In this document: piece by piece, positions 39,217-49,657 of the stretch
Layout of the letters: every line of letters begins with the position of its first letter
How positions within the stretch are numbered: position 1 is the first letter of the stretch
Assembly: GCA_041576165.1 (NCBI GenBank)
Contig: JBFGLM010000012.1
Location: forward strand, 1-64,000
Source of the DNA: Acidimicrobiia bacterium
GTDB lineage: Bacteria > Actinomycetota > Acidimicrobiia > Spongiisociales > Spongiisociaceae
Reading direction: 5' to 3'
Length of the DNA: 64,000 bases
Translations under genes and position numbers: made by a program
The notes under the pieces: model-generated
What the model saw: the letters and a program-made list of their open reading frames with translations, nothing else
Database searches by the model: none
What the model was told of the DNA's origin: nothing

Positions 39217-40187
39217 GCCTCCCCGCCGTCCACCAACTCGAAGTAGATGTCCTCGAGCCGCGGCCTGTGCACGACCATGTCGAGCGGGGCCACGCCCTGG
39301 TCAACCAGCACCTTGCCGACGTAGGGGACGATCGACGGCGCGCCGAAGACTCGGACAGTTGTGCCCGAGCGTTCGACGCGACTGACGTGGGGAATGGCGC
39401 GCAGGGACCCCAGACTGTTGCGGCCGGCCAGCGAGAACTGCACGACGGTCGGACGCGCGCTCCCCGCCACCAGCTCGGTGAGTGTCCCGACCGCCGCCAC
39501 CGCCCCGTCGATGATGATCGCCAGGCGATCACACAATACCTCGGCCTCGTCCATGAAATGGGTCACGAGCACGACGGTTGTCCCGCCGGCGCGGACACGG
39601 CGGATCAGCTCCCAGGTGGCTCGACGGGCCGCTGGGTCGAGGCCTGTAGTCATCTCGTCGAGGAACACGACCTCGGGATCGTTGATCAACGCGAGCGCCA
39701 CCAGCAACCGTTGGCGCTGACCTCCCGACAGACTCGAGAACGCTGCATTCGCTTTGTCATCGAGTCCCCACTGGCGCATCACGTCACGCCAAGACGGACC
39801 TCGGGGCAGGAGCGACGAGAACAGACGGAGGGCCTCCCAGACTCTCATCCTGCCGGGGAGCGAGGACTCCTGCAATTGCGCTCCGATCCGAGGCCGCAGG
39901 AGATGCGGGTCAACGCCAGGGTCGACTCCGAGGATCTCGATGGTTCCGCCCGAGCGGACCCGGAGGCCTTCGATGCATTCGACGGTGGTGGTCTTGCCGG
40001 CTCCGTTGGGTCCCAACAGACCAAAGATCTCGCCCCGATGCACGTCGAACGAGATGTCGATCACGGCCATCAGCGAGCCGTACCGTTTGGCCAGATGCGA
40101 CACGGAGATGATTGCTTCTGGTTCCGGTTGGGATGCCTCGCCAGTATTGGCGGCGTTGTGCCCGAGGTCCGGAACGTCGAACGTCAT
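39213..40187 (-). CDS. ABC exporter ATP-binding protein (DrrA-like)
   Basis: GPNGAGKTT, LSGGQRQR, FLDEMTTGLD, VTHFMDEA, LEDIY. Confidence 0.93.
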   Translation of the reverse strand: MTFDVPDLGHNAANTGEASQPEPEAIISVSHLAKRYGSLMAVIDISFDVHRGEIFGLLGPNGAGKTTTVECIEGLRVRSGGTIEILGVDPGVDPHLLRPRIGAQLQESSLPGRMRVWEALRLFSSLLPRGPSWRDVMRQWGLDDKANAAFSSLSGGQRQRLLVALALINDPEVVFLDEMTTGLDPAARRATWELIRRVRAGGTTVVLVTHFMDEAEVLCDRLAIIIDGAVAAVGTLTELVAGSARPTVVQFSLAGRNSLGSLRAIPHVSRVERSGTTVRVFGAPSIVPYVGKVLVDQGVAPLDMVVHRPRLEDIYFELVDGGEA

Positions 40188-40351
40188 CTTGTCTCCGACC
40201 CAACTCGCTCACCCCTGATGAGATCAGCGGAGAGTGCGTCGTGCCAGAGTCGATGGTCCTATGGAGCGGCTCCCCAGGCGGGCGGTGCTTTCGCTGCGCT
40301 GGTGCGGTGCGCAGGCCACGGCTCGACTTGCGAGGCAGTACGCTGCTGACC

Positions 40352-40744
40352 GTGCCGCGACGGATCTTGATCGCCAAGCCCGGCCTGGACGGCCATGACC
40401 GAGGGGCCAAAGTGGTCGCCCGGGCGCTGCGCGACGCCGGCAACGAAGTCATCTACTCGGGCTTGTTCCAGACTCCGGAACAGATCGTCGAAACAGCGAT
40501 CCAGGAAGACGTTGACGCCATCGGTCTCTCGGCGCTGTCCGGTGCCCACATGACTCTCTTTCCTCAAGTGGTGGCGCAGCTCGAGGCTCGGGGTATCGAC
40601 GACGTCGTCGTGTTTGGCGGTGGGATCATTCCGGATGAGGAAATCCCGGCGCTCGAAGCTGCTGGTCTGGCCAAGATCTTCACGCCGGGAGCGCCGCTCA
40701 AACAGATCGCCGAGTGGGTTGACGCCCACGTCGCGAACCGATGA
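40352..40744 (+). CDS. Cobalamin-binding small subunit of an acyl-CoA mutase (IcmB/Mcm C-terminal type)
   Basis: AKPGLDGHDRGAK (DxHxxG), SALSGAH, FGGGIIP, IFTPG. Confidence 0.93.
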   Translation: MPRRILIAKPGLDGHDRGAKVVARALRDAGNEVIYSGLFQTPEQIVETAIQEDVDAIGLSALSGAHMTLFPQVVAQLEARGIDDVVVFGGGIIPDEEIPALEAAGLAKIFTPGAPLKQIAEWVDAHVANR

Positions 40745-40853
40745 ACCGCAGGCCCGGCCGGCCCACCGGCTGCGTTGACCGGAGCTGTGGCCCAATGTGG
40801 AATTCGGCCGCAGTCTCCTAGACTCGCCGGCGGTCGATCGCGAGGAAAGAGCG

Positions 40854-42002
40854 TTGGATCTCTTCGAATATCAAGGCAAGCTGTTCTTCGCGTCCTACGG
40901 CATTGCGGTTCCACCAGGTGAGGTGGCCGAGACCGTCGAGGGCGCCGTGACCGCCGCAAACCGGATCGGTTATCCGGTCGTGCTCAAGGCCCAGGTCCAG
41001 GTCGGTGGCCGGGGCAAGGCAGGGGGCATCAAGCTGGCCGTCAACCCGGAGGAGGCGCGGCATCACGCCCACAACATCCTGGGTATGGACATCAAGGGCC
41101 ATACGGTCCACATCCTCTGGATTGAGGCCGCGTCGGACATCGCCGAGGAGTACTACGCCAGCTTCACACTCGACCGGGCCAAGAAGCTACACCTCGGAAT
41201 GCTGTCCGCGCAGGGAGGAGTCGACATCGAGTCGGTCGCAGCCGAGACGCCGGAGGCGATTGCCAAGATCTGGGTCAATCCCGTCGATGGCCTCACACAC
41301 GAGGCGGCGCGCGCCTGGGTGGGGGCCGCGCAACTCAACCCGGCTGCAACAGACGGGACCATTGACATCCTCGTACGGCTCTACACCGCGTACACCGAGG
41401 GCGATGCCGACCTCGTGGAAATCAATCCGCTGATTCTCACCCAAGACGGACGGGTCATTGCCCTCGACTCGAAGGTCACGCTCGACGGCAACTCGGTCTT
41501 CCGCCACCCCGACTACGCCAAGTACGACGAGACCCAGGTGCGCGATGAGCGGGAAAAGGCCGCCCACGAACGAGGTCTGCAATATGTGGGTCTCGAGGGC
41601 AACGTCGGAGTCATCGCCAACGGGGCCGGGCTGGCAATGAGCACGGTCGACGTCGTCAACCAGGTCGGCGGCCGGCCCGCCAACTTCCTAGATATCGGTG
41701 GAGGGGCGAACGCAGACGTCATGGCTGGCGCCCTCGAGGTGATAAACAACGACCCGGACGTGAAATCGATCTTCATCAACATATTCGGCGGGATCACCAA
41801 AGGCGAGGAGATCGCAAACGGCATCGTAGAGGCACTCAAGCGGGTCACCATCGGTCCCCCGATCGTGATCCGGCTGGACGGCACCAACGCCGATCAGGGG
41901 CGGGCAATCCTGGAGCCGCATCTGTCCGAAGAGCTGATGATGGAGCGGACGATGCTCGACGCTGCCCGCAAGGCGGTCGCTCTGGCGGAGGGGGCAACGT
42001 GA
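40854..42002 (+). CDS. sucC: Succinyl-CoA synthetase beta subunit
   Basis: DLFEYQGK, KAQVQVGGRGKAGG, EINPL, NGAGLAM, NFLDIGGG, NIFGGI. Confidence 0.96.
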   Translation: MDLFEYQGKLFFASYGIAVPPGEVAETVEGAVTAANRIGYPVVLKAQVQVGGRGKAGGIKLAVNPEEARHHAHNILGMDIKGHTVHILWIEAASDIAEEYYASFTLDRAKKLHLGMLSAQGGVDIESVAAETPEAIAKIWVNPVDGLTHEAARAWVGAAQLNPAATDGTIDILVRLYTAYTEGDADLVEINPLILTQDGRVIALDSKVTLDGNSVFRHPDYAKYDETQVRDEREKAAHERGLQYVGLEGNVGVIANGAGLAMSTVDVVNQVGGRPANFLDIGGGANADVMAGALEVINNDPDVKSIFINIFGGITKGEEIANGIVEALKRVTIGPPIVIRLDGTNADQGRAILEPHLSEELMMERTMLDAARKAVALAEGAT

Positions 42003-42883
42003 GCATCTTCCTGGACGAAAGCACAAAGGTCGTCTATCAGGGGCTCACCGGCACCAGCGGCCGTTTCTACGGTCTGCGGAACCGCGACTACGGCACCCAG
42101 GTGGTGGCCGGTACCCATCCCACGAAAGCTGGAACCGATGTCGAGGGCATCCCGATCTACACCAACGTGGGTGAAGCCGTCGCCGCCACCGGCGCCACCG
42201 CGTCCTGCGTGTTCATCCCCGCCCCCGGAGTCAAGGACGCGGTGATCGAAGCCGCTCGAGGAGGCGTCGAACTGATCGTGGTGATCACGGAGGGAGTGCC
42301 CGCCCACGACGAGGCCTGGTTCTACAACAAACTCGCGCGAGACCACCCGCACGTGCGCCTGGTCGGTCCCAACTGCCCGGGGCTGATAAGCCCCGGAAAA
42401 GCGAACATCGGAATCACCGCCGATCACATCGCCAAACCGGGCGGGCCGGTCGGGATCGTCAGCCGCTCCGGCACTCTGACCTATCAGGCTCTGTACGAGC
42501 TGAAGCAGAAGGACATCGGCGTCACCACCTGTGTGGGGATCGGTGGCGACCCGGTCCCGGGGACGACGTTCATCGATTGCCTGGCCGCTTTCGAGGAGGA
42601 TCCCGAGACCGAGGCGGTGATGATGATCGGCGAAATCGGCGGCTCAGCCGAAGAGGTAGCCGCCGGTTTCATCAGCGAGCACATGACCAAACCGGTCGCG
42701 GCCTACGTGGCGGGCGTGACGGCGCCACCCGGCAAGAAGATGGGACACGCCGGGGCAATAGTTTCGGGGGGCAAAGGCACCGCCCAAGCCAAGATGGACG
42801 CCCTCCGCGACGCCGGTGCCAAAGTCGGGGAGAACCCGACCGAGGCAGGCGAGCTGATGGCTCAGATCGTGGCCAACCTCTGA
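41999..42883 (+). CDS. sucD: Succinyl-CoA synthetase alpha subunit
   Basis: ITEGVP, GPNCPG, SRSGTLTY, GIGGDP, GEIGG, MGHAGAI. Confidence 0.96.
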   Translation: MSIFLDESTKVVYQGLTGTSGRFYGLRNRDYGTQVVAGTHPTKAGTDVEGIPIYTNVGEAVAATGATASCVFIPAPGVKDAVIEAARGGVELIVVITEGVPAHDEAWFYNKLARDHPHVRLVGPNCPGLISPGKANIGITADHIAKPGGPVGIVSRSGTLTYQALYELKQKDIGVTTCVGIGGDPVPGTTFIDCLAAFEEDPETEAVMMIGEIGGSAEEVAAGFISEHMTKPVAAYVAGVTAPPGKKMGHAGAIVSGGKGTAQAKMDALRDAGAKVGENPTEAGELMAQIVANL

Positions 42884-42960
42884 GCCGACTGTTCCTCCGA
42901 TCATGCCACCGTGCCGGAGGCCGGCCGTACGCGCCTCCGCGGGCGGTACGCTGCCCTCGG

Positions 42961-43743
42961 GTGTCGCATACGCTGAGCATCGGAGACGTCGAAATCGAGT
43001 ACCGCTGGATTCGGCGCGGGCTGCCCGGCATCCCAATCGTGTTCCTGCACGAAGGCCTCGGTAGCGTCACTCACTGGAAAGATTTCCCAGACACACTATG
43101 TGCGAGGGTCGCGCGCGCGGGCCTGGCATTCAGCCGGGTCGGGTACGGCGCCTCGAGTCCGGTCACCTTGCCCCGCAGGCTCGACTACTTCTGGCACGAG
43201 GGGGAAGAGATGTTGCCGGCAATCCTCGACGCCACGGGGATCGAACGCGCCATCCTCTTCGGCCACTCGGATGGTGCCTCCATTGCCCTCGTCGCCGCGG
43301 CGGCCCTCGGCCCACGAGTAGCCGCTCTCATCGTGATATCGGCCCACGTCTTCACCGAGCCGGCCGGACTCGCCGCGATCCATGACGCAGTCGGCGCATA
43401 TGAGAGCGGAGATCTGCGTGACCGGCTTGCCCGGCACCACGGAGACGTGGATGGGGCTTTCCACGGCTGGGCCGGGGCGTGGCTCGATCCGGCTTTTCTG
43501 CAGCCCGACCTGACCCACGTCCTGGGTGCTATCACCAGTCCGACCCTGATCCTCCAGGGAACGGCCGATCCCTACGGAACGGTTGCCCAGAGCGAGGCTA
43601 TTGCGGTCCACGCCGGCGGACCGGTCAAACGAGTCGACCTGGTCGGGCTGGGTCATTCCCCCCACCGGGACGGGCCGGAGACGGTGATCGCTGAGACGGC
43701 GCGGTTTCTCGACCGGCACATTGGGCCGTCTAGCGGTGGCTGA
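42961..43743 (+). CDS. Alpha/beta hydrolase
   Basis: FLHEGLGS, GHSDG nucleophile elbow, QG..DPYG, GHSPH. Confidence 0.9.
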   Translation: MSHTLSIGDVEIEYRWIRRGLPGIPIVFLHEGLGSVTHWKDFPDTLCARVARAGLAFSRVGYGASSPVTLPRRLDYFWHEGEEMLPAILDATGIERAILFGHSDGASIALVAAAALGPRVAALIVISAHVFTEPAGLAAIHDAVGAYESGDLRDRLARHHGDVDGAFHGWAGAWLDPAFLQPDLTHVLGAITSPTLILQGTADPYGTVAQSEAIAVHAGGPVKRVDLVGLGHSPHRDGPETVIAETARFLDRHIGPSSGG

Positions 43744-43750
43744 CCGCGGA

Positions 43751-44221
43751 TCAATCGTCGATCGTGCGGACCACCCGGGCGGGATTTCCGACCACTATCG
43801 ACCGGGCCGGCACGTCTTCAGTCACCACGGAGCCGGCACCGACCATGGCCCACTCGCCGATCGAGACGCCGGGCAAGATAGTTGAACCGCTTCCGATCGA
43901 AGCCCCACGTCCCACCCGGGTGGGCAGCATCTGCCAGTCGTCGTCAGTCTGCATCGAGCCATCGGGATTGATGGCTCGGGGGAAAGCGTCGTTGGTGAAC
44001 ATGACGCCGTGTCCGACGAAGACGCCGTCGGCGATGTCGACGCCGCTGCAGATGAATGTGTGGCTCGAGATCTTGCAGTCTTCGCCGACCGACGCTCCCC
44101 GCTGGATCTCGACAAACGTGCCGACGCGGGAGCGGGCGCCGATCTTGCATCCGTAGAGATTGACGAGGTCCGGGTGAAAGGCGAGCGCACCCTCGCCGAG
44201 GTCTACGTCATCTGCGATCAC
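43751..44221 (-). CDS. Hexapeptide-repeat N-acetyltransferase (WbpD/WxcM-like)
   Basis: VNLYGC.IG, FVEIQ, SHTFIC.GV, MFTND, GASIGSGSTILPG, GNPAR. Confidence 0.9.
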   Translation of the reverse strand: MIADDVDLGEGALAFHPDLVNLYGCKIGARSRVGTFVEIQRGASVGEDCKISSHTFICSGVDIADGVFVGHGVMFTNDAFPRAINPDGSMQTDDDWQMLPTRVGRGASIGSGSTILPGVSIGEWAMVGAGSVVTEDVPARSIVVGNPARVVRTIDD

Positions 44222-44401
44222 GAGCTGCTCCTAACACGCTGTGGGCCGCGACGGCCAGAGTTTCGAAAAATTTTCCGCGCGGACGGATGTTCGGCTATGG
44301 TCACATAAAGTCCATTTTGCCTGAAGGGGACCGGAGACTATCCGTCATGCGCTTGCGCCGGGGACGGGGTCCGGAGGCCGTGCGCGGGGGGCGGGAAGCG
44401 C

Positions 44402-45514
44402 ATGTCGACTGACTCTGCCGCCATTCCATTCCTGAATCTTGCAGCGGCCAATCGTCGCGTTGCGGCGGAGATCCAGCCGCTCTGGGACGAGATACTCACT
44501 GCTGCCAGCTTCATCGGCGGTCGGTTCGTTGCCGATTTCGAACGAGAGTTCGCGGCTTTCACCGATTCCGGATTCGCCGTCGGTGTGGCAAACGGCACCG
44601 ATGCGATCACGCTCGGCCTGCAGGCGCTCGGCGTGGGTGCAGGGGACGAGGTCATCGTTCCGGCGCATACCTTCGTAGCAACTGCCGAAGCAGTCGCATG
44701 GGCCGGCGCCGTCCCCGTTCTCGCGGATGTCAATCGCCTCACCGCCACGATCGACCCGGCGGCGGTCGCGGCTGCCGTGACGAGCCGCACCCGGGCCGTC
44801 GTGCCTGTCCACCTGTACGGCCAGCCGGCCGACATGGCGGGGGTTCGAGCAGTTGCTGCGCGCCATGGGCTGGCGATCCTGGAAGACGCGGCGCAGGCGC
44901 ATGGGGCCACCTACCAGGGCCGGCCGGTCGGGTCTTTGGGGGATGCGGCTGCCTTTTCGTTCTATCCCGGCAAGAACCTCGGCGCCTGCGGCGATGCCGG
45001 GGCGATCACCACGGATCTCACAGACGTGGCCGCAGCCGCCCGCACCGTCGCCGATCACGGCCAGACCGCGAAGCACGACCATCACGTGCTCGGGATGAAC
45101 AGCCGCCTGGATGCGTTGCAGGCGGCAGCGCTGATCGTCAAGCTGGCACACCTGCCAAAGTGGAACCACCGCCGCCAGGAGATTGCGTGCCTGTACGAGG
45201 GATTGCTGGCTGGTACCGATGTGACCTTGCCGGCTACGGCGGCGGACCGGACCCACGTCTTCCATCTTTACGTGATTCGTCACCCCGAGCGTGACCGGCT
45301 GCAGGAAGGGCTCGCCCGCCGTGGAGTAGGGGTGGGCCTCCACTACCCGAAACCGATCCATCTGCACCCAGCCTTTGCCCATCTGGGTTATGGACCGGGT
45401 GCGTTTCCGGAGGCCGAAGCGTGGGCGGCCGAGTGCCTGTCCTTGCCGATGTGCCCCGAGCTCGAGGATGGCCAAGTCGAGGCAGTCGTCGACCGTCTGC
45501 AGCAGGTTCTGTAA
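44402..45514 (+). CDS. DegT/DnrJ/EryC1/StrS sugar aminotransferase
   Basis: NGTDAI, PVHLYGQ, EDAAQAHGA, FSFYPGKNLG, NSRLDALQAA. Confidence 0.94.
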   Translation: MSTDSAAIPFLNLAAANRRVAAEIQPLWDEILTAASFIGGRFVADFEREFAAFTDSGFAVGVANGTDAITLGLQALGVGAGDEVIVPAHTFVATAEAVAWAGAVPVLADVNRLTATIDPAAVAAAVTSRTRAVVPVHLYGQPADMAGVRAVAARHGLAILEDAAQAHGATYQGRPVGSLGDAAAFSFYPGKNLGACGDAGAITTDLTDVAAAARTVADHGQTAKHDHHVLGMNSRLDALQAAALIVKLAHLPKWNHRRQEIACLYEGLLAGTDVTLPATAADRTHVFHLYVIRHPERDRLQEGLARRGVGVGLHYPKPIHLHPAFAHLGYGPGAFPEAEAWAAECLSLPMCPELEDGQVEAVVDRLQQVL

Positions 45515-45516
45515 CC

Positions 45517-46932
45517 ATGTACAGCCGCAACGTCATCATCATGAAGGCTCACCTGGTGGCTATCGACGCACTTGCGATCTTCACAGCCGGTGTGTTGGCG
45601 CTGTGGTTCCGGCACCGCTCCGGTTTCTTCGGGATTGAGCCCCGATTCCCGTGGGGCACCTACTTGTGGCCGCTGTCGATCGTGACGGTCATCCATCTCG
45701 GTGTGCTGCGCTATTTCGGCATGTACCGGCCGACCGCCGATTTGGGGATGCGGCTCCGTTTGTTCAAGTCGGCGTTCGTAGCCACCGGACTGTTGACTGC
45801 CGTGTCGTTCTTCTACCGGGCCGAGAGCTACTCCCGGGTCTCGGCCGTTCTGTTCATCCCGCTCAGCGTGTTGACGATCATGGTCGGGCGCGAGCTCTAC
45901 CAGACGCTGCTGTCGAAATTGCTGCATAGCGACTCCGCGGCGCGCAATGTCGTAATCGTGAGCGCGGGCCAAGCCGGTCGCCGCATCGGGCGCCACCTCG
46001 TCCGCCAACCGCTGTTCTACCGGTTGGTCGGCTACCTCGACGACGACGCCCAAGAGCCCGCGGTCGGCGATGTCCCGATCCTGGGACCGCTCAGCGCCCT
46101 CCTCGAGATCATTGCGGAACTGGCGATCGATGAGGTCATAATTGCGCTGCCCGATGGGGATGACGAGCGGATCATTGATCTCGTCGGAGTCTGCCTCTAC
46201 CACGACATCACCTGGAAGGTCATGCCGGATGTACACGGCCTGGCGTTGGACCGCACTGCCCTCGACCAGGTTGACGGGCTACCGCTCATCTCACCTCGCG
46301 GGAGCCAGGTTGTGGGCCTATCTCTCGTATTGAAACGAGCATTTGACGTGGCGGTTGCGTCCGCAGCGCTGCTGATCGCCGGCCCGGTGATGTTGCTGAT
46401 CGCGGCGGGGATCAAGCTGACGTCCCACGGTCCGGTGTTCTACCGCCAGCAGCGGATCGGACAGTACGGCCGTCCGTTCACCATATTGAAGTTCCGGTCC
46501 ATGCGCATGGACAACGACACGTCGAGTCATGTCGCTTTCGCCACCGATTGGATCTACGGTCGTACCGGCGGCGACGACGGCGTACACAAGATCACGGCGG
46601 ATCCCCGCGTGACGTTCATCGGCAAGGTCATCCGAGGTCTCAGCCTGGATGAGCTTCCGCAGCTGATCAACGTCGTGCGGGGGGATATGAGCATCGTCGG
46701 GCCGCGGCCGCCGACGGTGTACGAATTCGAACGGTACTCGGAATGGCACAAGCGCCGCTTGGAAGTGATGCCCGGCGTCACCGGGCTGTGGCAGATCAGT
46801 GGCCGGAACGAGCTGTCGTTCGACGAAATGGTCGAGCTCGACATCCGCTACATCGAACGATGGTCACTGGCCAATGACATGCGGATTGTGGTGCGTACGT
46901 TGCCGACACTGCTGAGAGGGAGCGGGTATTGA
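45517..46932 (+). CDS. Priming polyprenyl-phosphate glycosyl-1-phosphate transferase (WcaJ/WbaP-like)
   Basis: N-terminal TMs, KRAFD, KFRSM, DPRVT, SLDELPQL.NV..G.MS.VGPRP, PG.TGLWQ. Confidence 0.93.
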   Translation: MYSRNVIIMKAHLVAIDALAIFTAGVLALWFRHRSGFFGIEPRFPWGTYLWPLSIVTVIHLGVLRYFGMYRPTADLGMRLRLFKSAFVATGLLTAVSFFYRAESYSRVSAVLFIPLSVLTIMVGRELYQTLLSKLLHSDSAARNVVIVSAGQAGRRIGRHLVRQPLFYRLVGYLDDDAQEPAVGDVPILGPLSALLEIIAELAIDEVIIALPDGDDERIIDLVGVCLYHDITWKVMPDVHGLALDRTALDQVDGLPLISPRGSQVVGLSLVLKRAFDVAVASAALLIAGPVMLLIAAGIKLTSHGPVFYRQQRIGQYGRPFTILKFRSMRMDNDTSSHVAFATDWIYGRTGGDDGVHKITADPRVTFIGKVIRGLSLDELPQLINVVRGDMSIVGPRPPTVYEFERYSEWHKRRLEVMPGVTGLWQISGRNELSFDEMVELDIRYIERWSLANDMRIVVRTLPTLLRGSGY

Positions 46933-48005
46933 TGTCCAGGGAAATCACATTTGGGGTCGTCGGGTGCGGCTATTGGGGGCCGAACCACATTCGCAACCTC
47001 ACGTCGCTGGGAGGGTCCGGGGCCGTCGTCCGGCTTGCAGCGGATCTCGACGAAGGTCGGCGTCGCCACGTCGAGCAGCTGTATCCGCACGTCACGGTGG
47101 TAGCCGACGCAGCGGAGGTCATTTCGTCGCCTGCGATCGACGCAGTGATCATCGCCACCCCGGTCAACACCCATTATGTGCTGGCCAAGCAGGCCCTGCT
47201 GAACGACAAACATGTCTTGGTGGAGAAGCCGTTCGTCCGTTCGTGTGATCAGGCTGCAGATTTGATAGCCCTGGCCGATGCGCGCGACCTCCGGCTCATG
47301 GTCGGGCACACGTTCGAGTACACGGCCGCTGTCAATCGGATTCGGGACATCGTGGCAGGCGGAGATTTGGGGGAGGTGCTCTACGTTCGGTCGCTGCGGG
47401 TGAATCTGGGTTTGTTCCAGACCGACGTCAACGTGTTGTGGGACCTCGCTCCCCACGACGTGTCGATTCTCCGCTTCGTGCTGCAGCGGCCGATCGTGGC
47501 GGTGTCGGCAGTGGGGACTGCCAACGTCACCGCAGGTGTGGAAGATGTCGTCTCGATGTCGATCGAGTTTGCCGGCGGCGTCATGTGCAACGTGATCGTC
47601 TCGTGGCTCGACCCGAAGAAGGTCCGTGAGATGACCATCGTCGGCGATCGGAAGATGCTCGTGTACGACGACGTGTCGACGACCGAGAAAATCCGGATAT
47701 TCGACAAGGGCGTTGCCGGACCGCGCCACTATGACTCGTTCGGGGACTTCCAATACTCGTACAGGTACGGTGACATCGTCACCCCGTTCCTCGATGAGCA
47801 CGAACCGCTGCGCGAGGAGGCGGCTCACTTCCTGGCATGCATCCAGCAAGGCACGACGCCTCGCAGCGACGGCCACTCGGGCGCGGAAGTGGTGGCCGTG
47901 CTGGAGGCGGCGCAGGAGAGCTTGCGCAACAAGGGGTCTCGGGTTCGCCCGACCATGTCGAACATAGATTTGACCGCGCTCGAGACGGTGGGAAAGCCGA
48001 CATGA
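46932..48005 (+). CDS. Gfo/Idh/MocA oxidoreductase (nucleotide-sugar dehydrogenase, WbpB-like)
   Basis: GCGYWGPN, VEKPF, MVGHTF, NLG, WDLAPHD. Confidence 0.9.
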   Translation: MSREITFGVVGCGYWGPNHIRNLTSLGGSGAVVRLAADLDEGRRRHVEQLYPHVTVVADAAEVISSPAIDAVIIATPVNTHYVLAKQALLNDKHVLVEKPFVRSCDQAADLIALADARDLRLMVGHTFEYTAAVNRIRDIVAGGDLGEVLYVRSLRVNLGLFQTDVNVLWDLAPHDVSILRFVLQRPIVAVSAVGTANVTAGVEDVVSMSIEFAGGVMCNVIVSWLDPKKVREMTIVGDRKMLVYDDVSTTEKIRIFDKGVAGPRHYDSFGDFQYSYRYGDIVTPFLDEHEPLREEAAHFLACIQQGTTPRSDGHSGAEVVAVLEAAQESLRNKGSRVRPTMSNIDLTALETVGKPT

Positions 48006-48412
48006 GCACCGGCAGCCGTCTGGCGCATCCTTCCGACCGGCCGTGGGCGATCATCGTGGACAGCGAGCCGGCCATGCTCTCCTACCTGGCGCGGGCGTTG
48101 ATGTTCTTTCAGCCCAGCTACCGGGTGGCGTCTGCGGCGGAAATCGATCACCTGACGGAATGGATGACGACACGTCACTACGACGTCGCCGTGCTTGGCT
48201 GCCTGGGGAATTCCGCGCTCGACGGACGGGCCCGCAACATTCTGGCGCCGGTCGGCGCCGTTGTGTCGCTCGCGTGCCCACACATGCCCGCCGCTCTTCC
48301 CCGCCCCCCTCGGCTCAGCGCCCTCCTGGAGCAGGTGCGGGTCAGCAGCGGCCAGCCGAACCTCACGATCGATCTCCGCGCTTTGACAGGGGTGTCCGCG
48401 CCGTGGACATGA
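48002..48412 (+). CDS. Small receiver-like (pseudo-REC) protein
   Basis: AIIVDSEPAMLSYLARAL resembles REC beta1-alpha1; YDVAVLG lacks the phosphoacceptor Asp; ATGA overlaps on both sides. Confidence 0.55.
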   Translation: MSTGSRLAHPSDRPWAIIVDSEPAMLSYLARALMFFQPSYRVASAAEIDHLTEWMTTRHYDVAVLGCLGNSALDGRARNILAPVGAVVSLACPHMPAALPRPPRLSALLEQVRVSSGQPNLTIDLRALTGVSAPWT

Positions 48413-49590
48413 TCGAGTTTCTTCAGGCTCTTCGCCGCCAGCGCACCTTCTTGCTGCTGGGGTTCCTTTTGTTGATAGTGGCCGTGGCCGGAATGATGTT
48501 CGAGATCGGCGAGAACGGCATTCAGAGCCGGATCAGCCCCAAATTCGAAGCCTCGTTACAGATGGCGGTGGTCCCTGCCGGTCTGGAGACGCTGGCTGAT
48601 ACCGCGCTTGCCTCCGACCTCTCGGGTACGGCGGCGGTATACGCCGAGCTATTGCAGTCGCCGGAGGCGGCCAGAGAGATCCAGGAGGCGCAGGGCGTGG
48701 AGCTGGTCGACGAGCTCATAGCAGAGGTCACCGGCCGCACAGGGGTGATGACCGTGACCGCGACCGCGACCACCGAGGAGGGCGCCGCCAAAGCCGCGCT
48801 CGGATCATTCTTCTGGCTGGAGGGCAGGCTGGCCGAACCGCCGGTAGTGGCGGCGATCCCACCGCCCACCACCACCACGATCCTGAGCCCCGTCGCGGGC
48901 CCGCGTGACAGTTTCCTCGGCGAGATCCGGCTCAATATCGACCAGGCTTACGCCAGTGCTTCCCAGGACCTGTTCTTGCGGATCTCCACCCAAGCCGATT
49001 CCGGCTTCCCGGTGTCGCTCCAGGACGCGGCGTTCGGCGAGCGGAGCTATCCGGTATTCCTGGCACGCAGCGGGCGGGTCACAATTGCGTTGGAACTCAC
49101 CGACGGCTCCATCCTGGCCGAAGTGCGCACCGAGGTGCCGGAGCTGCGGGATAACGCCGAGCTCGTCCCACCGCTAGTGATCACCATTCAGCGCGGCGCG
49201 TTTCCTTTGACCGCCGACGGTCCCATCGAGGTGGAGCCGGATCGGATCACGGCGCAATGGGATCTGCGTGACCTGCTGACTGAGGTGCGAGAGAGCGCCT
49301 CCGAGCAAATCTCGGTCGTGCTCCTCACGTCCGAGCCTGTGGTAGAAGAGACGGGTACGAGACGGGCCCCTGTTCTGCTGGCGGGCGCCCTGGTCGCCGG
49401 CACGCTGGTGTTGCTTGCCCTGGCGACCACGCTCGACACATGGCGGCGCGGACGGCGGCACCTGGATGACTGGGATCCAGGCGTGATACTCGACGACTAT
49501 GCCCGTGCTCCAGCCGGATCAGCCGCCCCCGAGAACCAGGAGGACGAGGCCGATCACATTGGTGCGATTCCCGGTAACCCAGACGGCTAA
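48409..49590 (+). CDS. Polysaccharide co-polymerase-like (Wzz/CpsC-type) membrane protein
   Basis: IEFLQALRRQ...TM, AVYAELLQSP, extracellular region, second TM near the C-terminus; position within the Wzx/Wzy cluster. Confidence 0.6.
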   Translation: MIEFLQALRRQRTFLLLGFLLLIVAVAGMMFEIGENGIQSRISPKFEASLQMAVVPAGLETLADTALASDLSGTAAVYAELLQSPEAAREIQEAQGVELVDELIAEVTGRTGVMTVTATATTEEGAAKAALGSFFWLEGRLAEPPVVAAIPPPTTTTILSPVAGPRDSFLGEIRLNIDQAYASASQDLFLRISTQADSGFPVSLQDAAFGERSYPVFLARSGRVTIALELTDGSILAEVRTEVPELRDNAELVPPLVITIQRGAFPLTADGPIEVEPDRITAQWDLRDLLTEVRESASEQISVVLLTSEPVVEETGTRRAPVLLAGALVAGTLVLLALATTLDTWRRGRRHLDDWDPGVILDDYARAPAGSAAPENQEDEADHIGAIPGNPDG

Positions 49591-49657
49591 ATAGGATCCC
49601 CGCTCGCCCGAGATCTGGCGGTCCTCGTGCACCCGTGACCTGGATTGGAGGCACCAC

